A DNA stretch of 64,000 nt from an uncultured Candidatus Saccharibacteria bacterium (GCA_964561085.1 CAZLNP010000005.1:3151-67150), one strand, 5' to 3'; counted from the stretch's first letter, positions 1 through 8,826 are shown. Made by a program: numbers and translations. Notes: generated by a model from the letters alone, not told the origin.

Positions 1-244
1 TGTGAGCATCGTTAGCCTGTTGTGGCTCTAGTGTATCAAAATCTTCACCTGAACCGTGTAACAGAAAATCTTTTTTCTCTGTTAGGTATTTAAGAAATAA
101 CTCTTTAGGATAGGGTAAATTGTATTCGATGTACTGACCAGCTTCGCTTTTATCCTGCTCGTAGGAATTGATAAGCTGTTCAAAGTCGTGGTCTCGTTCC
201 ATTGCTTCCACTTCCGGTGATTTTCTCTCGAAGGTATTATTCAT
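1..244 (-). CDS. Hypothetical protein, runs off window edge (MNNTFERKSPEVE...YNLPYPKELFLKYL...LLHGS...LEPQQAND)
   Basis: Manual translation from ATG at 244; open to position 1; TATACT -10 box 6 nt upstream. Confidence 0.7.
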   Translation of the reverse strand, partial: MNNTFERKSPEVEAMERDHDFEQLINSYEQDKSEAGQYIEYNLPYPKELFLKYLTEKKDFLLHGSGEDFDTLEPQQANDAH

Positions 245-315
245 AAATCCAGTATAACAAAAAACGCCATACAAAAGAAAAAGCACCACTTGGCAGTGAT
301 GCGTTTTCTTTTGGA

Positions 316-341
316 GCTCCATAGTACATGATGTTAGAACA
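316..341. repeat. Conserved 26-bp intergenic site, copy 1 (GCTCCATAGTACATGATGTTAGAACA)
   Basis: Near-identical to 1393-1418 and 2039-2064. Confidence 0.9.
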
Positions 342-366
342 AGTTTTGTGGATTTAAAGCTGGCGG

Positions 367-1275
367 CTATTTAACTAGAGGCTTAGCTAACTCCATGAAA
401 TTCTTGAATGAGACTTTTTTATCAGCACTATAATTTTCAAATATTGAATGGGCTTGTTTAATAAACAGCTGCTCTGTTTTGTCTCCTTTATCATTATTGA
501 TAAAGTCAATATTTCCATTAAATTCTTGAAGTTGCTCCAAAATAGATTGTTTAACCGTTTCTTGGTCAGCCTTATAGTTATGTTTCCATTCTTCTAATTC
601 CTCATTTTCAAAACCACTATCTTTTTTGGCTACCTTGTAAGTTAAGTATAGCAGCACTTCTGTATACGCTTCGCAGAGAGACTTAAAGTCGCCATAGTCT
701 GGGGAGTTTAATAGCTTTGCTATCCTATCCACTTTCTTGCCATCGTAGTTGTTTCTGAGTGTTTTGATTACTTCCTCACTGTTACCAGTCATTAAATCCA
801 AAAAGATTGGCTGGCTTTGACCTATTGGAGTCCATAGCACAGCAGGAAACTCTTCTCTGATAGCTTGAAGATTGTTTTGGTCATCTTGTAAAAATTCTGG
901 AATTGCAGGTTTCCATTGGCTTTCTTCTTTTCCACTATTTTCTAAATCGTGCTCTATGACAACATGAATTAAGTCATGTGCGCCAAATTTTGAATACTGT
1001 TCCGCGTGTTCTCTAATAGCTTCTTTGACTTCATCCAAGTTTTCAAAAGAACCTTTCTCTAAGTTAGTACGTAATAGTATCTCTCCTGTAGCTTTGAATA
1101 ACCGAGCAAGCTCGTCTATTTCGGGTTGGCTTAAATCTCCATCTTCTAACCCAAACATCTTATTAATATAAGATGTTGTGAGCTTTTCAGGGCTATACAT
1201 TTCTTCGACATGCATGGTAATTTCATGAGTAATAGCCTCAGTTTCTAAGTAATTATTTGTTTCAGAATTATTCAT
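367..1275 (-). CDS. Hypothetical acidic helical protein
   Basis: ORF track 367..1329; start moved to ATG 1275 because upstream TATACTGGATTT-ATGAATAAT is identical to that of the gene starting at 244. Confidence 0.75.
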   Translation of the reverse strand: MNNSETNNYLETEAITHEITMHVEEMYSPEKLTTSYINKMFGLEDGDLSQPEIDELARLFKATGEILLRTNLEKGSFENLDEVKEAIREHAEQYSKFGAHDLIHVVIEHDLENSGKEESQWKPAIPEFLQDDQNNLQAIREEFPAVLWTPIGQSQPIFLDLMTGNSEEVIKTLRNNYDGKKVDRIAKLLNSPDYGDFKSLCEAYTEVLLYLTYKVAKKDSGFENEELEEWKHNYKADQETVKQSILEQLQEFNGNIDFINNDKGDKTEQLFIKQAHSIFENYSADKKVSFKNFMELAKPLVK

Positions 1276-1297
1276 AAATCCAGTATAGCAAAATCTT

Positions 1298-1418
1298 TCT
1301 CTACCCCCTAGTGAAATTATTAGAACCAATTTGGAATAGATTTTACGGTATCATTGTAATTTTCCTCATAAATAATAGGAGCACAATTAAGTGCTCCATA
1401 GTACAGGATATTAGAACA
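1298..1418. repeat. ~120-bp intergenic repeat unit with two related sites and a GGAGCAC/GTGCTCC hairpin
   Basis: Aligns end to end with 1945-2064. Confidence 0.9.
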
Positions 1419-1427
1419 GTTTTGATG

Positions 1428-1922
1428 TCACCTGCTTAGATTATTCATAACAATTTTTAAAGCTTGAATAGGAGTAGTTTTCGAAGTATCTATTTCAATA
1501 GCATTCGGATACTTAATTAGGCTATGTTTGCTGATATTGCTATTGATTAAGTTCTTGGTGGCCGTTCTGAATTTACTTCTCAAACTGATTCTTTTCCTTA
1601 ATTCAGTGCCTGAGGCTTTAAGATGATAAAAACCAATATTGCATTTATATCTTTTAGCAAGTTTTATAAATTTTTCGGCAAGTTCTTCTGAAGCAACTGT
1701 TTGATTCAGCAATACGCTTACTCCGTTTTTGAAATACTCATCACACATTCTGTATATGATTTTCCAAGCTAGCCCGTTATCTTCCTCTGTTAAAAGAACT
1801 CTTATATCCTCAATCTCAATTATCGCTGTGTTACTGAGTCTTTTTCTTAAAAGCTTAGCTATGGTAGATTTACCTGAACCCATAGCACCATTTATTAAGA
1901 TAAAATTTATTTCTCTTTTCAT
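1428..1922 (-). CDS. Small P-loop kinase (AAA_33 / nucleotide-kinase-like)
   Basis: Walker A GAMGSGKS near the N-terminus; 164 aa; lid-like LRKRISLR. Confidence 0.8.
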   Translation of the reverse strand: MKREINFILINGAMGSGKSTIAKLLRKRLSNTAIIEIEDIRVLLTEEDNGLAWKIIYRMCDEYFKNGVSVLLNQTVASEELAEKFIKLAKRYKCNIGFYHLKASGTELRKRISLRSKFRTATKNLINSNISKHSLIKYPNAIEIDTSKTTPIQALKIVMNNLSR

Positions 1923-1944
1923 ACTTCAAGTATATCAAAAACTA

Positions 1945-2064
1945 TCTCTACCCCCTAGTAGATTCGCTCGAACTAATTTGGAGTAGATTTTACAGTAACT
2001 TTGCAATTTTCCCCTAAATAAAAGGAGCACATTTAAGTGCTCCATAGTACAGGATGTTAGAACA
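1945..2064. repeat. ~120-bp intergenic repeat unit, second copy
   Basis: TCTCTACCCCCTAGT...GGAGCACATTTAAGTGCTCCATAGTACAGGATGTTAGAACA. Confidence 0.9.
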
Positions 2065-2088
2065 TCAATCAATTCAGGAAACACTCAA

Positions 2089-2781
2089 TTATTTTCTTAC
2101 AATTATTAAAGAGTTAAAGTATCGTAACTCGTTGTTTGCTGAAAGCTTTAATACTTCAGGTTTACATTGTTCGTAAGTATTTAAATCCATTTCAAACCAC
2201 AGTTTCACAGCTTCACATAGTTCTTGAGAATTATTAGCTTTAATACTACATTCAATTTGTATTTCCTTAGTATGACAACCTAAATTTTTTAGAATGTTTA
2301 TTAGTTTGTCATATGAGTATTCGTAATTACCTTTAAAAGCCGCATCTTTAATATATTTATAGACACCTTTAGGTTTGTGAACAACAAACAAAATTATTCC
2401 ACCCTCGTTGAGCAAGGAGAGCATTTTGTTAATTGCCTTGGATTTATCTCGAAAATAATAAAGTACATGAGAAACTATGATTAAGTCGTATTTATGACCT
2501 GATTCCCATTCTTCAAAATCATCGTTTACAACAATCACCTTCTTTCCGTTGTAAGAGTGTGAATAGTTAGAACTTTTTTCTAGAAGAGTAATTTCTCTTA
2601 CAGTTTTAGGGAAAGATACTGAATTAGTTAAGGTGTCTAATCCAGCTCCAATATTCAAAATCGTATTAGGTTGCACTTCATTTAGTAAACTTAGTATCGA
2701 ACTCTCAACTTTAGTCTTTTCATCGGAGTGCTCAACGAATTGCTCAAACAAATTTTCTGGGAACTCAAATAGTGTTTTCAT
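2089..2781 (-). CDS. Class I SAM-dependent methyltransferase
   Basis: ILNIGAG motif I, YDLIIVSHVLYY, LNEGG; start moved to ATG 2781 to avoid overlap with ribA. Confidence 0.85.
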   Translation of the reverse strand: MKTLFEFPENLFEQFVEHSDEKTKVESSILSLLNEVQPNTILNIGAGLDTLTNSVSFPKTVREITLLEKSSNYSHSYNGKKVIVVNDDFEEWESGHKYDLIIVSHVLYYFRDKSKAINKMLSLLNEGGIILFVVHKPKGVYKYIKDAAFKGNYEYSYDKLINILKNLGCHTKEIQIECSIKANNSQELCEAVKLWFEMDLNTYEQCKPEVLKLSANNELRYFNSLIIVRK

Positions 2782-2800
2782 TTGATTGGTTAGTGGAAAT

Positions 2801-3373
2801 TTAAAGATAGTGTTTAAATCTATCTTTTTTAGTCTTAATATAGTTTTGGTTATATTCATTACTTTCGGTAATTAGATCAATTCTTTCAATAACATTTATT
2901 CCTAAGTTTTGAATTGCCGATACTTTGTCAGGATTATTAGTAAGAAGTTTAATGTCTGATATATTAAGACTATCTAAGATCATCTTTACCTGCGAATACT
3001 CTCTAGCATCTGGTAAATAACCTAATGCAATATTGGCATCATAAGTGTCATATCCAGTGTCTTGTAATTGGTAAGCTTTAATCTTCTCATAGAGTCCGAT
3101 TCCCCTTCCCTCCTGCCTAAGGTAAATGAATATGCCATTTTGTGAATGATTGATAAGGTTTAGAGCAAGTTCTTTTTGAGGACCACAATCACATTTAAAA
3201 CTTCTAAAATTATCACCTGTTATGCATTCACTATGAACTCTGACTAATACAGGTTGTAACTTGTTAAGATTGGGAGTTTGCAATATTAGAGGCTCTTTCC
3301 CGTCGAGATCCTTCCATACAGTCATCACGAAATGACCGTACTCTGTAGGTAAGTTTGTAGATATTGGTTCCAT
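2801..3373 (-). CDS. ribA: GTP cyclohydrolase II
   Basis: VRVHSECITGD, CDCG, YLRQEGRGIGL, LLTNNPDK. Confidence 0.95.
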   Translation of the reverse strand: MEPISTNLPTEYGHFVMTVWKDLDGKEPLILQTPNLNKLQPVLVRVHSECITGDNFRSFKCDCGPQKELALNLINHSQNGIFIYLRQEGRGIGLYEKIKAYQLQDTGYDTYDANIALGYLPDAREYSQVKMILDSLNISDIKLLTNNPDKVSAIQNLGINVIERIDLITESNEYNQNYIKTKKDRFKHYL

Positions 3374-3374
3374 A

Positions 3375-4046
3375 CTATTTTTTCTTCCATTGTAGAATCA
3401 TATAACCTGGATAAGTATCTACAATCTTTTCTGCTGCTGGATCAAACTGTTCTTCGAATAATTCGAGAGTAAAATGAGTCATCATGAAAGTGGAAAAATA
3501 TTCCTTAAGAGTATGAGTTGGCTCCTTGAATGTGAGTAAGCCATCAAAACATACTGAATCAACAACTTCTTTCTTAAAGTAATCCTTTCCGATTCTTTTC
3601 TTCTCATAAAATTGTCTGATAGGATGGGCAACTAAGAAAGTAAATGTGCCACCTGTTTTAAGTACTCGGTGCACTTCTTTGAAGATTGGCTCTAATTCTT
3701 CTGTTGTTTGAAGCGCATACTTAGAGAATACAAAATCAAATGTATTATCTTCGTGTGGTAAAGAATCAAATACTCCGTATTCAAATCTAATATCAGAGTA
3801 TTTCTTGGTTGCGATATCGAGTAGTTCTTTTGATGCATCTAATCCATATACTTGTTTTGCACCTTGATCCTTAAAGAACTGACAATCGCTACCGTCACCA
3901 CAACCAATGTCTAACACATCCTTACCTTTAATAGTAGGAACTAAGTTGCGATAAACTCTACGATTATATTGAGCACCTTTTTCGTAAACAGATTCAAAGG
4001 TGTCTGCGATAGAATCATATTGATGGCTTAATTTATTTGAATTCAT
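3375..4046 (-). CDS. Class I SAM-dependent methyltransferase
   Basis: VLDIGCGDG, FDFVFS, RVLKTGG. Confidence 0.9.
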   Translation of the reverse strand: MNSNKLSHQYDSIADTFESVYEKGAQYNRRVYRNLVPTIKGKDVLDIGCGDGSDCQFFKDQGAKQVYGLDASKELLDIATKKYSDIRFEYGVFDSLPHEDNTFDFVFSKYALQTTEELEPIFKEVHRVLKTGGTFTFLVAHPIRQFYEKKRIGKDYFKKEVVDSVCFDGLLTFKEPTHTLKEYFSTFMMTHFTLELFEEQFDPAAEKIVDTYPGYMILQWKKK

Positions 4047-4057
4047 ATATTGATTAG

Positions 4058-4459
4058 TTAGAAATGTTTATTAAAGTCTAAAGAAATGTTTGCAATTTCA
4101 TATGCCATATAATCCATTTCTTTTCCGTCATCACAAATAAATTCATGTTTAATACCTTTTGGTACCACTACAACATCACCTTGTTGAACAGGAATATTGC
4201 CTTCGTCAGTTTGTAGATAAGCACTTCCCTTTATGATCACACCTACCACATGGGAAATATGATGATGCATGGGTTCGTTATCATAGCCACTAATGTGCAC
4301 ATAATTAGCCGAAAGCTCAACATTGGCTGTATCTGAAAATAAATCGTTTATCCGAAGAGGAGGGATGGATGTAAATATTGAATTACCATCCTTAGTTGGA
4401 GTCGATGATTGCGGTAGTACAGTGCATTTATTTAGTTGTAATAAATTTGAAATATTCAT
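4058..4459 (-). CDS. Cupin domain protein
   Basis: PMHHH...GDVVVVPKGIKH cupin motifs. Confidence 0.85.
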   Translation of the reverse strand: MNISNLLQLNKCTVLPQSSTPTKDGNSIFTSIPPLRINDLFSDTANVELSANYVHISGYDNEPMHHHISHVVGVIIKGSAYLQTDEGNIPVQQGDVVVVPKGIKHEFICDDGKEMDYMAYEIANISLDFNKHF

Positions 4460-4563
4460 AAGTTATAGAATTAATTCTATGAGCACATGATACTATAAAT
4501 CCTTGACTTTAACACATTTTTGTGGTATTATTACAGTATAGTGAACTTAAAGTGCAATTATAT

Positions 4564-5391
4564 ATGTTATTTTCTTCGAATGAATCAATAGAAGATGCAG
4601 CAATTCGGCTTATTTCAATAGGAAAAACGACACCTATCGATATATTTGAAAGCCTTCAGAATGAAGGAAATTCAATCTCAAAGAGAGGTGTTTATAAGGC
4701 AATACATTACCTTAGAGAACATTCTATTTTGGTTAAAAGCGGTAAAAAGCTCTCAATAAGCCAAGAGTGGGTTGATTCCCTTACTAGAGCCCTGAAGAAT
4801 AACTTTACTATGCCTGTTTTGGCAGACGGGGAATCTGCTACTTATAAATACAAGTCCTTGGTTAACTTGGATGCTTATTGGAAGCACTTAACTAAATCAC
4901 TTAAGGATCAATATCACTCCCATCCGGTTTTTTTGTATAGTCCTTATAATATCTGGTTGCATTTGGCAGATAGAAGCGAAAGTCAGCTTGATTACTACAG
5001 AGCTTTTGAAAAAGAAGGAAGGCATGGGTATTTGGTAATAGGAAATAGATCAGAATTGGATATGGAATTTAAAAAAACACTGCAAAGTGAGTTTCTTCAG
5101 ATTGATACTTGGGATAAGCCCCCTTTCAAAGAGACAGAATACTACACAATAATTGATGATATTATTGTCACCACTAAGGTTGGTCCCAAATTAACAAAAA
5201 TCATAGCTAGTTTCTATAAGTCGACGCCGACACTAGAAAGCAAGCTCAAATTAAATCGCATATTAGACATGACAGATATCTCAAAGATCAAAATTGAGCG
5301 TAATAATAAGAAAGCAAAATACCTTAGAAATAGGTTGTCTAAAAACTTTTATATACCAAAAGAACTTGAACAAAAGTTTAACCTATTCTAA
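4564..5391 (+). CDS. Putative winged-helix (TrmB-like) transcriptional regulator, divergent from cupin operon
   Basis: N-terminal SKRGVYKAIHYL helix-turn-helix-like segment; divergent layout; start ATG 4564 preferred. Confidence 0.6.
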   Translation: MLFSSNESIEDAAIRLISIGKTTPIDIFESLQNEGNSISKRGVYKAIHYLREHSILVKSGKKLSISQEWVDSLTRALKNNFTMPVLADGESATYKYKSLVNLDAYWKHLTKSLKDQYHSHPVFLYSPYNIWLHLADRSESQLDYYRAFEKEGRHGYLVIGNRSELDMEFKKTLQSEFLQIDTWDKPPFKETEYYTIIDDIIVTTKVGPKLTKIIASFYKSTPTLESKLKLNRILDMTDISKIKIERNNKKAKYLRNRLSKNFYIPKELEQKFNLF

Positions 5392-5424
5392 ACAAAAAAC
5401 CGCCCTTTAGGGGCGGAATTTTGA

Positions 5425-5498
5425 TGGAGCGGCCAAGGGGAATCGAACCCCTATCCCTTCCTTGGCAAGGAAGAGTTCTACCATTGAACCATGGCCGC
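5425..5498 (-). tRNA. tRNA-Gly(GCC)
   Basis: GCGGCCA...CTTCC-TTGCCAA-GGAAG...TTCGATT...TGGCCGCTCCA. Confidence 0.95.
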
Positions 5499-5547
5499 AT
5501 GGTTTTTACTTTCGTTATTATAATTGATTCCTTTTAAAAAATCAATA

Positions 5548-6243
5548 CTAGAGTTGTTTCTGTACACCATCTATCCAACCCATTACAGTATAAAATAAAC
5601 TTGTGTCGTAGACATCTATCCTAATAGTCCCGTATGGAAGAGAATTGTAAGGTTTTTTCCTGAGGCTTGATTTACTCACACCTATGTATGGCTTAGTAAA
5701 CTGAGAAGAAGGCAACCCTGTAATGCGACTCCAATACTTAATAATGTGCTCCGCATTTTGATGTTCATATATTCTAACGCCTGCTCTAATCTTTTTACTA
5801 GGCACCTTACATACTTTTGTTAAAAACAAAATATAAGCTTTAATCAGCTTGGCGTCTGAATTACTTAAGCTAAGTGGGTGCACAGTTTTAGTAACCCCTA
5901 GCACTGATTTAAGCTTCTTATAACCCTCTCCCCAATACAATCCTATGCCAAGCATCCTTAAATCTCTAAGAGATAACTCTGATATGGATTTTGTCGCATT
6001 CGCTCGTTCCCGAGCGTGCATAGCTTTTGCATTGTGAGTTTGCTGCACTGACTTTTTTAACAAACCTTTTGTGTAACCTTCTGTATATTTTTTTAGTATA
6101 CGTTTTTGGGCACCTTCAGACAAAACTATATCTTTTAGCCATGTTGAAAGAGTACTTTTCGGTATGTTGAGTAACTCATGAATTTCTGAATAGGAGTAAC
6201 CCTTAAGCCTCAATTTTATTGCTTCTTGCCTTTTTATTTTCAT
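5548..6243 (-). CDS. HTH plus single-motif LAGLIDADG-like protein (putative homing endonuclease / maturase)
   Basis: N-terminal GYSYSEIHELLNIPKSTLSTW HTH; GIGLYWGEG motif followed by LSNSD and YWS segments. Confidence 0.6.
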   Translation of the reverse strand: MKIKRQEAIKLRLKGYSYSEIHELLNIPKSTLSTWLKDIVLSEGAQKRILKKYTEGYTKGLLKKSVQQTHNAKAMHARERANATKSISELSLRDLRMLGIGLYWGEGYKKLKSVLGVTKTVHPLSLSNSDAKLIKAYILFLTKVCKVPSKKIRAGVRIYEHQNAEHIIKYWSRITGLPSSQFTKPYIGVSKSSLRKKPYNSLPYGTIRIDVYDTSLFYTVMGWIDGVQKQL

Positions 6244-6308
6244 ATTATTAGTAGTGTGGTCTGTCCATTTTTCGGTAAGTTAATATCCAGCAAATGCTGG
6301 ATATTAAC

Positions 6309-6597
6309 TGGTGCCTCGAGTCAGAATTGAACTGACGACACGACGCTCTTCCTTGCGTCTAAATTTGGACTATATCATCTTCCTAATAAAAGGAAGTCGG
6401 GCGCTATTTGCGATTTATTGTTGGGACTCACTCGCTAGTCTCTACACCTTCCAAGAAGTGTTAACCCGTTCTTGGCTTGGCTCGGGATTGTCTAATTTCT
6501 AGATGTTCCCCGAATTCACCCGATTTGCATTATGAGATTACTCTCATATGGCCCGAAGATTACTCAGGCGTCTGCTCTACCACTGAGCTACCGAGGC
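6309..6597 (-). tRNA. tRNA-Phe(GAA) interrupted by a group I intron
   Basis: 5' exon 6597-6566 GCCTCGG...GACGCCT; 3' exon 6351-6309 GAAGAGCGTC...TTCAATT...TCGAGGCACCA; joined exons give a full cloverleaf with loop CT-GAA-GA. Confidence 0.92.
6352..6565 (-). ncRNA. Group I self-splicing intron (214 nt) at tRNA position 33/34
   Basis: P1 GCCU/GGGC with U-G at the splice site; IGS UCUUC pairs 3' exon GAAGA (P10); P/Q GAAUUCGGGGAA / AAUCCCGAGC; P7 AGAGACUA / AUAGUCC; terminal G. Confidence 0.9.
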
Positions 6598-6613
6598 ATG
6601 TGGTATAAATTTC

Positions 6614-6690
6614 TGGTGGGCGATAAAGGATTCGAACCTTTGGCCTTCTCGGTGTAAACGAGACGCTCTAACCAACTGAGCTAATCGCCC
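6614..6690 (-). tRNA. tRNA-Val(TAC)
   Basis: GGGCGAT...TCTCG-TTTACAC-CGAGA...ATCGCCCACCA. Confidence 0.95.
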
Positions 6691-6786
6691 TTATAAATTA
6701 ACTTACGTATTATAGCAAACTGTCAGAATATTTCAAGAGACCTTGAAGCTATTGAATATCTTGTCTATAATTGATTAGTTGTACAT

Positions 6787-6873
6787 GCGCGAGTGCTGTA
6801 ATTGGTAAACAGGCTGGCTTGAGGTGTCAGTGTCTTCACGGGCGTGGAGGTTCGAGTCCTCTCTCGCGCACCA
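6787..6873 (+). tRNA. tRNA-Leu(GAG)
   Basis: Cloverleaf with long variable arm; loop TTGAGGT; CCA end. Confidence 0.93.
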
Positions 6874-6901
6874 AAAAATCACGCTAGATGCGTGATTTTT
6901 T
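6874..6901. terminator. Bidirectional intrinsic terminator
   Basis: AAAAATCACGC-TAGAT-GCGTGATTTTT between convergent tRNA-Leu and nrnA. Confidence 0.8.
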
Positions 6902-6917
6902 ATCTACTTAAATTACC

Positions 6918-7886
6918 TTAAACAACTTCCCATTTCCCTCGACTATCTCGAGCTAAAGTGCCTAATAAAGTGAACCCCGCAGCTAATTTGTGTCCCCCAC
7001 CACCTAAGGATTGAGCAATGGCTTGTACATCTACACCTTTGTATTCCTCGCTACGTAGGCTCCCTTTGATGATGTCTTTATCTTGTTTTAGGAACATAGC
7101 AAACTTTGCTTCGGGCACTTTATTTAAAGTTTCTACAATTCCTTCAAAAGCAGAGAGTGGCGGGTTCCCTAAATCATTTAGCTCCTCTGCTGTAATAATA
7201 GAGTAGATCATTTGCTTGGTTTTATCGTAGTGAGCATTGCCTAATGCTTTGGACCAAGCTTTTAAACTCGCCAGATCTTTGCCTTCGTATGTGTGTTTAG
7301 TAACCGTAGAAACGCGGGCCCCTTTTGTCATTAACTCTGCCGCTGCCGCTAGCGTACTAGCTTGAGTGTTGCTGTGCATGAATATCCCTGTGTCTGTAAC
7401 AATTCCCGTTAACAAACAAAGCGCAATGTCATGAGTAATTTCCCAATCAGCAAACTTAAACAAATCGTAAGTTAATTCTGCAACTGAAGATTTTGTATAA
7501 TCAACAACATTTACATCGCCATACATTTTGTTATCTGGATGATGATCCAAATTAATAGTTGGAACATTTAGTTGTAAAATTTCTTCATGCTTTACTCTGT
7601 CTCGAACAGAGCATCCAGAAATTACTAAAGCGTCGAATTGCCAATTCTGTCCTTGCTCGTCTTTTGGTAAAGTTTCAGAAACCAGTTCTGCCATTGGCAA
7701 GTATTGAAGTTGTTGGGGCACTCCCCCTTGAACAACCACCGCAACTTTTTTTCCTGCCAGTTTTAAATGATGAGCCAAAGCCAAAGCCGAACCAAGGTCA
7801 TCGCCATCAGTTCGTTCATGAGTAGTCAATAAAATAGTCTGCGCTTGTTCGAGCAGTTGTTTGGCTTGTGGGAAAGACTCGTGCAT
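6918..7886 (-). CDS. nrnA: DHH/DHHA1 oligoribonuclease / pAp phosphatase
   Basis: THERTDGDDLGS, LDHH, TDTG, GGGGHKLAAG; follows rbfA. Confidence 0.9.
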   Translation of the reverse strand: MHESFPQAKQLLEQAQTILLTTHERTDGDDLGSALALAHHLKLAGKKVAVVVQGGVPQQLQYLPMAELVSETLPKDEQGQNWQFDALVISGCSVRDRVKHEEILQLNVPTINLDHHPDNKMYGDVNVVDYTKSSVAELTYDLFKFADWEITHDIALCLLTGIVTDTGIFMHSNTQASTLAAAAELMTKGARVSTVTKHTYEGKDLASLKAWSKALGNAHYDKTKQMIYSIITAEELNDLGNPPLSAFEGIVETLNKVPEAKFAMFLKQDKDIIKGSLRSEEYKGVDVQAIAQSLGGGGHKLAAGFTLLGTLARDSRGKWEVV

Positions 7887-8251
7887 TAGTTTTCCTCGCC
7901 CTCGTCTTCTTCGTGAATTTTGTTAATCAGCTCATCGATGTGCTGAACGTATCTAGGTGATGTATCTAAAAAGAATTGTAATCGTGGAGTCATCTTCATG
8001 CCCATTTGGCGATTTAATTCACCTTGAATATCGTAAATATTTTTTTGGATAGCTGCTAGGATTTTGTCATCATCACCACCTACAATTGAAACCCAAACTT
8101 TTGCCCAACGAGAATCGCCACTGGTTTCTACTCGAGAAACAGTCACTAAACCATTTTGTCCATCCAAAAATTCCGGCAGGTTGCTGCCGACCAGGCGTTG
8201 AATTAGTGAGTTCATTTTTTCTATTCGATTGGTGTTTTTAGGTTGTGCCAT
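7886..8251 (-). CDS. rbfA: Ribosome-binding factor A
   Basis: RIEKMNSLI, VTVSRVETSGD, TPRLQFFLD; downstream of infB. Confidence 0.92.
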   Translation of the reverse strand: MAQPKNTNRIEKMNSLIQRLVGSNLPEFLDGQNGLVTVSRVETSGDSRWAKVWVSIVGGDDDKILAAIQKNIYDIQGELNRQMGMKMTPRLQFFLDTSPRYVQHIDELINKIHEEDEGEEN

Positions 8252-8356
8252 AGCTGTGTACTATATCAAAGTATAGGTATTATAGCAAGGGTTGGTGATA
8301 TATAGATAAAAAGAAACCTGAACACATAACATGTTCAGGCTAATCCGCTGTGATCT

Positions 8357-8710
8357 TTAAAGATCACTAAATAATGATAGAATTGCATTTTCTAACTCTT
8401 CAATGCTAGAGAACGGCTTTAATAGAAATCTGTCAGCCGTGTGATTTTCCGGTGATTCCCCAGACATCAAGATAGTTTTAACATTTTTATTGTGATGCTG
8501 AACATTCTTGATTACTTCGGTTCCCCATCGGTCTGGGTTACCGTCCATGTGATTGTCACAAATAACCAAATCAAAATGATGGTTATTTGTAGCCTTAAGC
8601 GCGGCACTACCGTTGTCGCACACAGTAACTTCAAATCCAAAACTTTCAACGACAGAAGCAACTAGATTCAGAACCGCTGCTTCGTCGTCAGCCACTAAAG
8701 CAAACTTCAT
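8357..8710 (-). CDS. Single-domain response regulator receiver
   Basis: VADDE, DLVICDNHM, LMSG, LLKPF; GGAGGT SD before ATG 8710. Confidence 0.85.
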   Translation of the reverse strand: MKFALVADDEAAVLNLVASVVESFGFEVTVCDNGSAALKATNNHHFDLVICDNHMDGNPDRWGTEVIKNVQHHNKNVKTILMSGESPENHTADRFLLKPFSSIEELENAILSLFSDL

Positions 8711-8826
8711 TGTGTATTTTACCTCCGTCAAAATATGTTTGACTTTGTATACTAACATACATGTCTAAAATAAAAAAGACCAGCATTTTGCTGGCCTTGA
8801 TCATCTAAATATCTTTTCTTATTTAG

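Noticed and set aside
316-2064. CRISPR array
   Set aside because: The repeats are separated by whole genes or ~90 bp of conserved sequence, not unique 30-40 bp spacers, and there are no cas genes.
6311-6502. 63-aa ORF on plus strand
   Set aside because: Antisense to the tRNA-Phe exon and group I intron.
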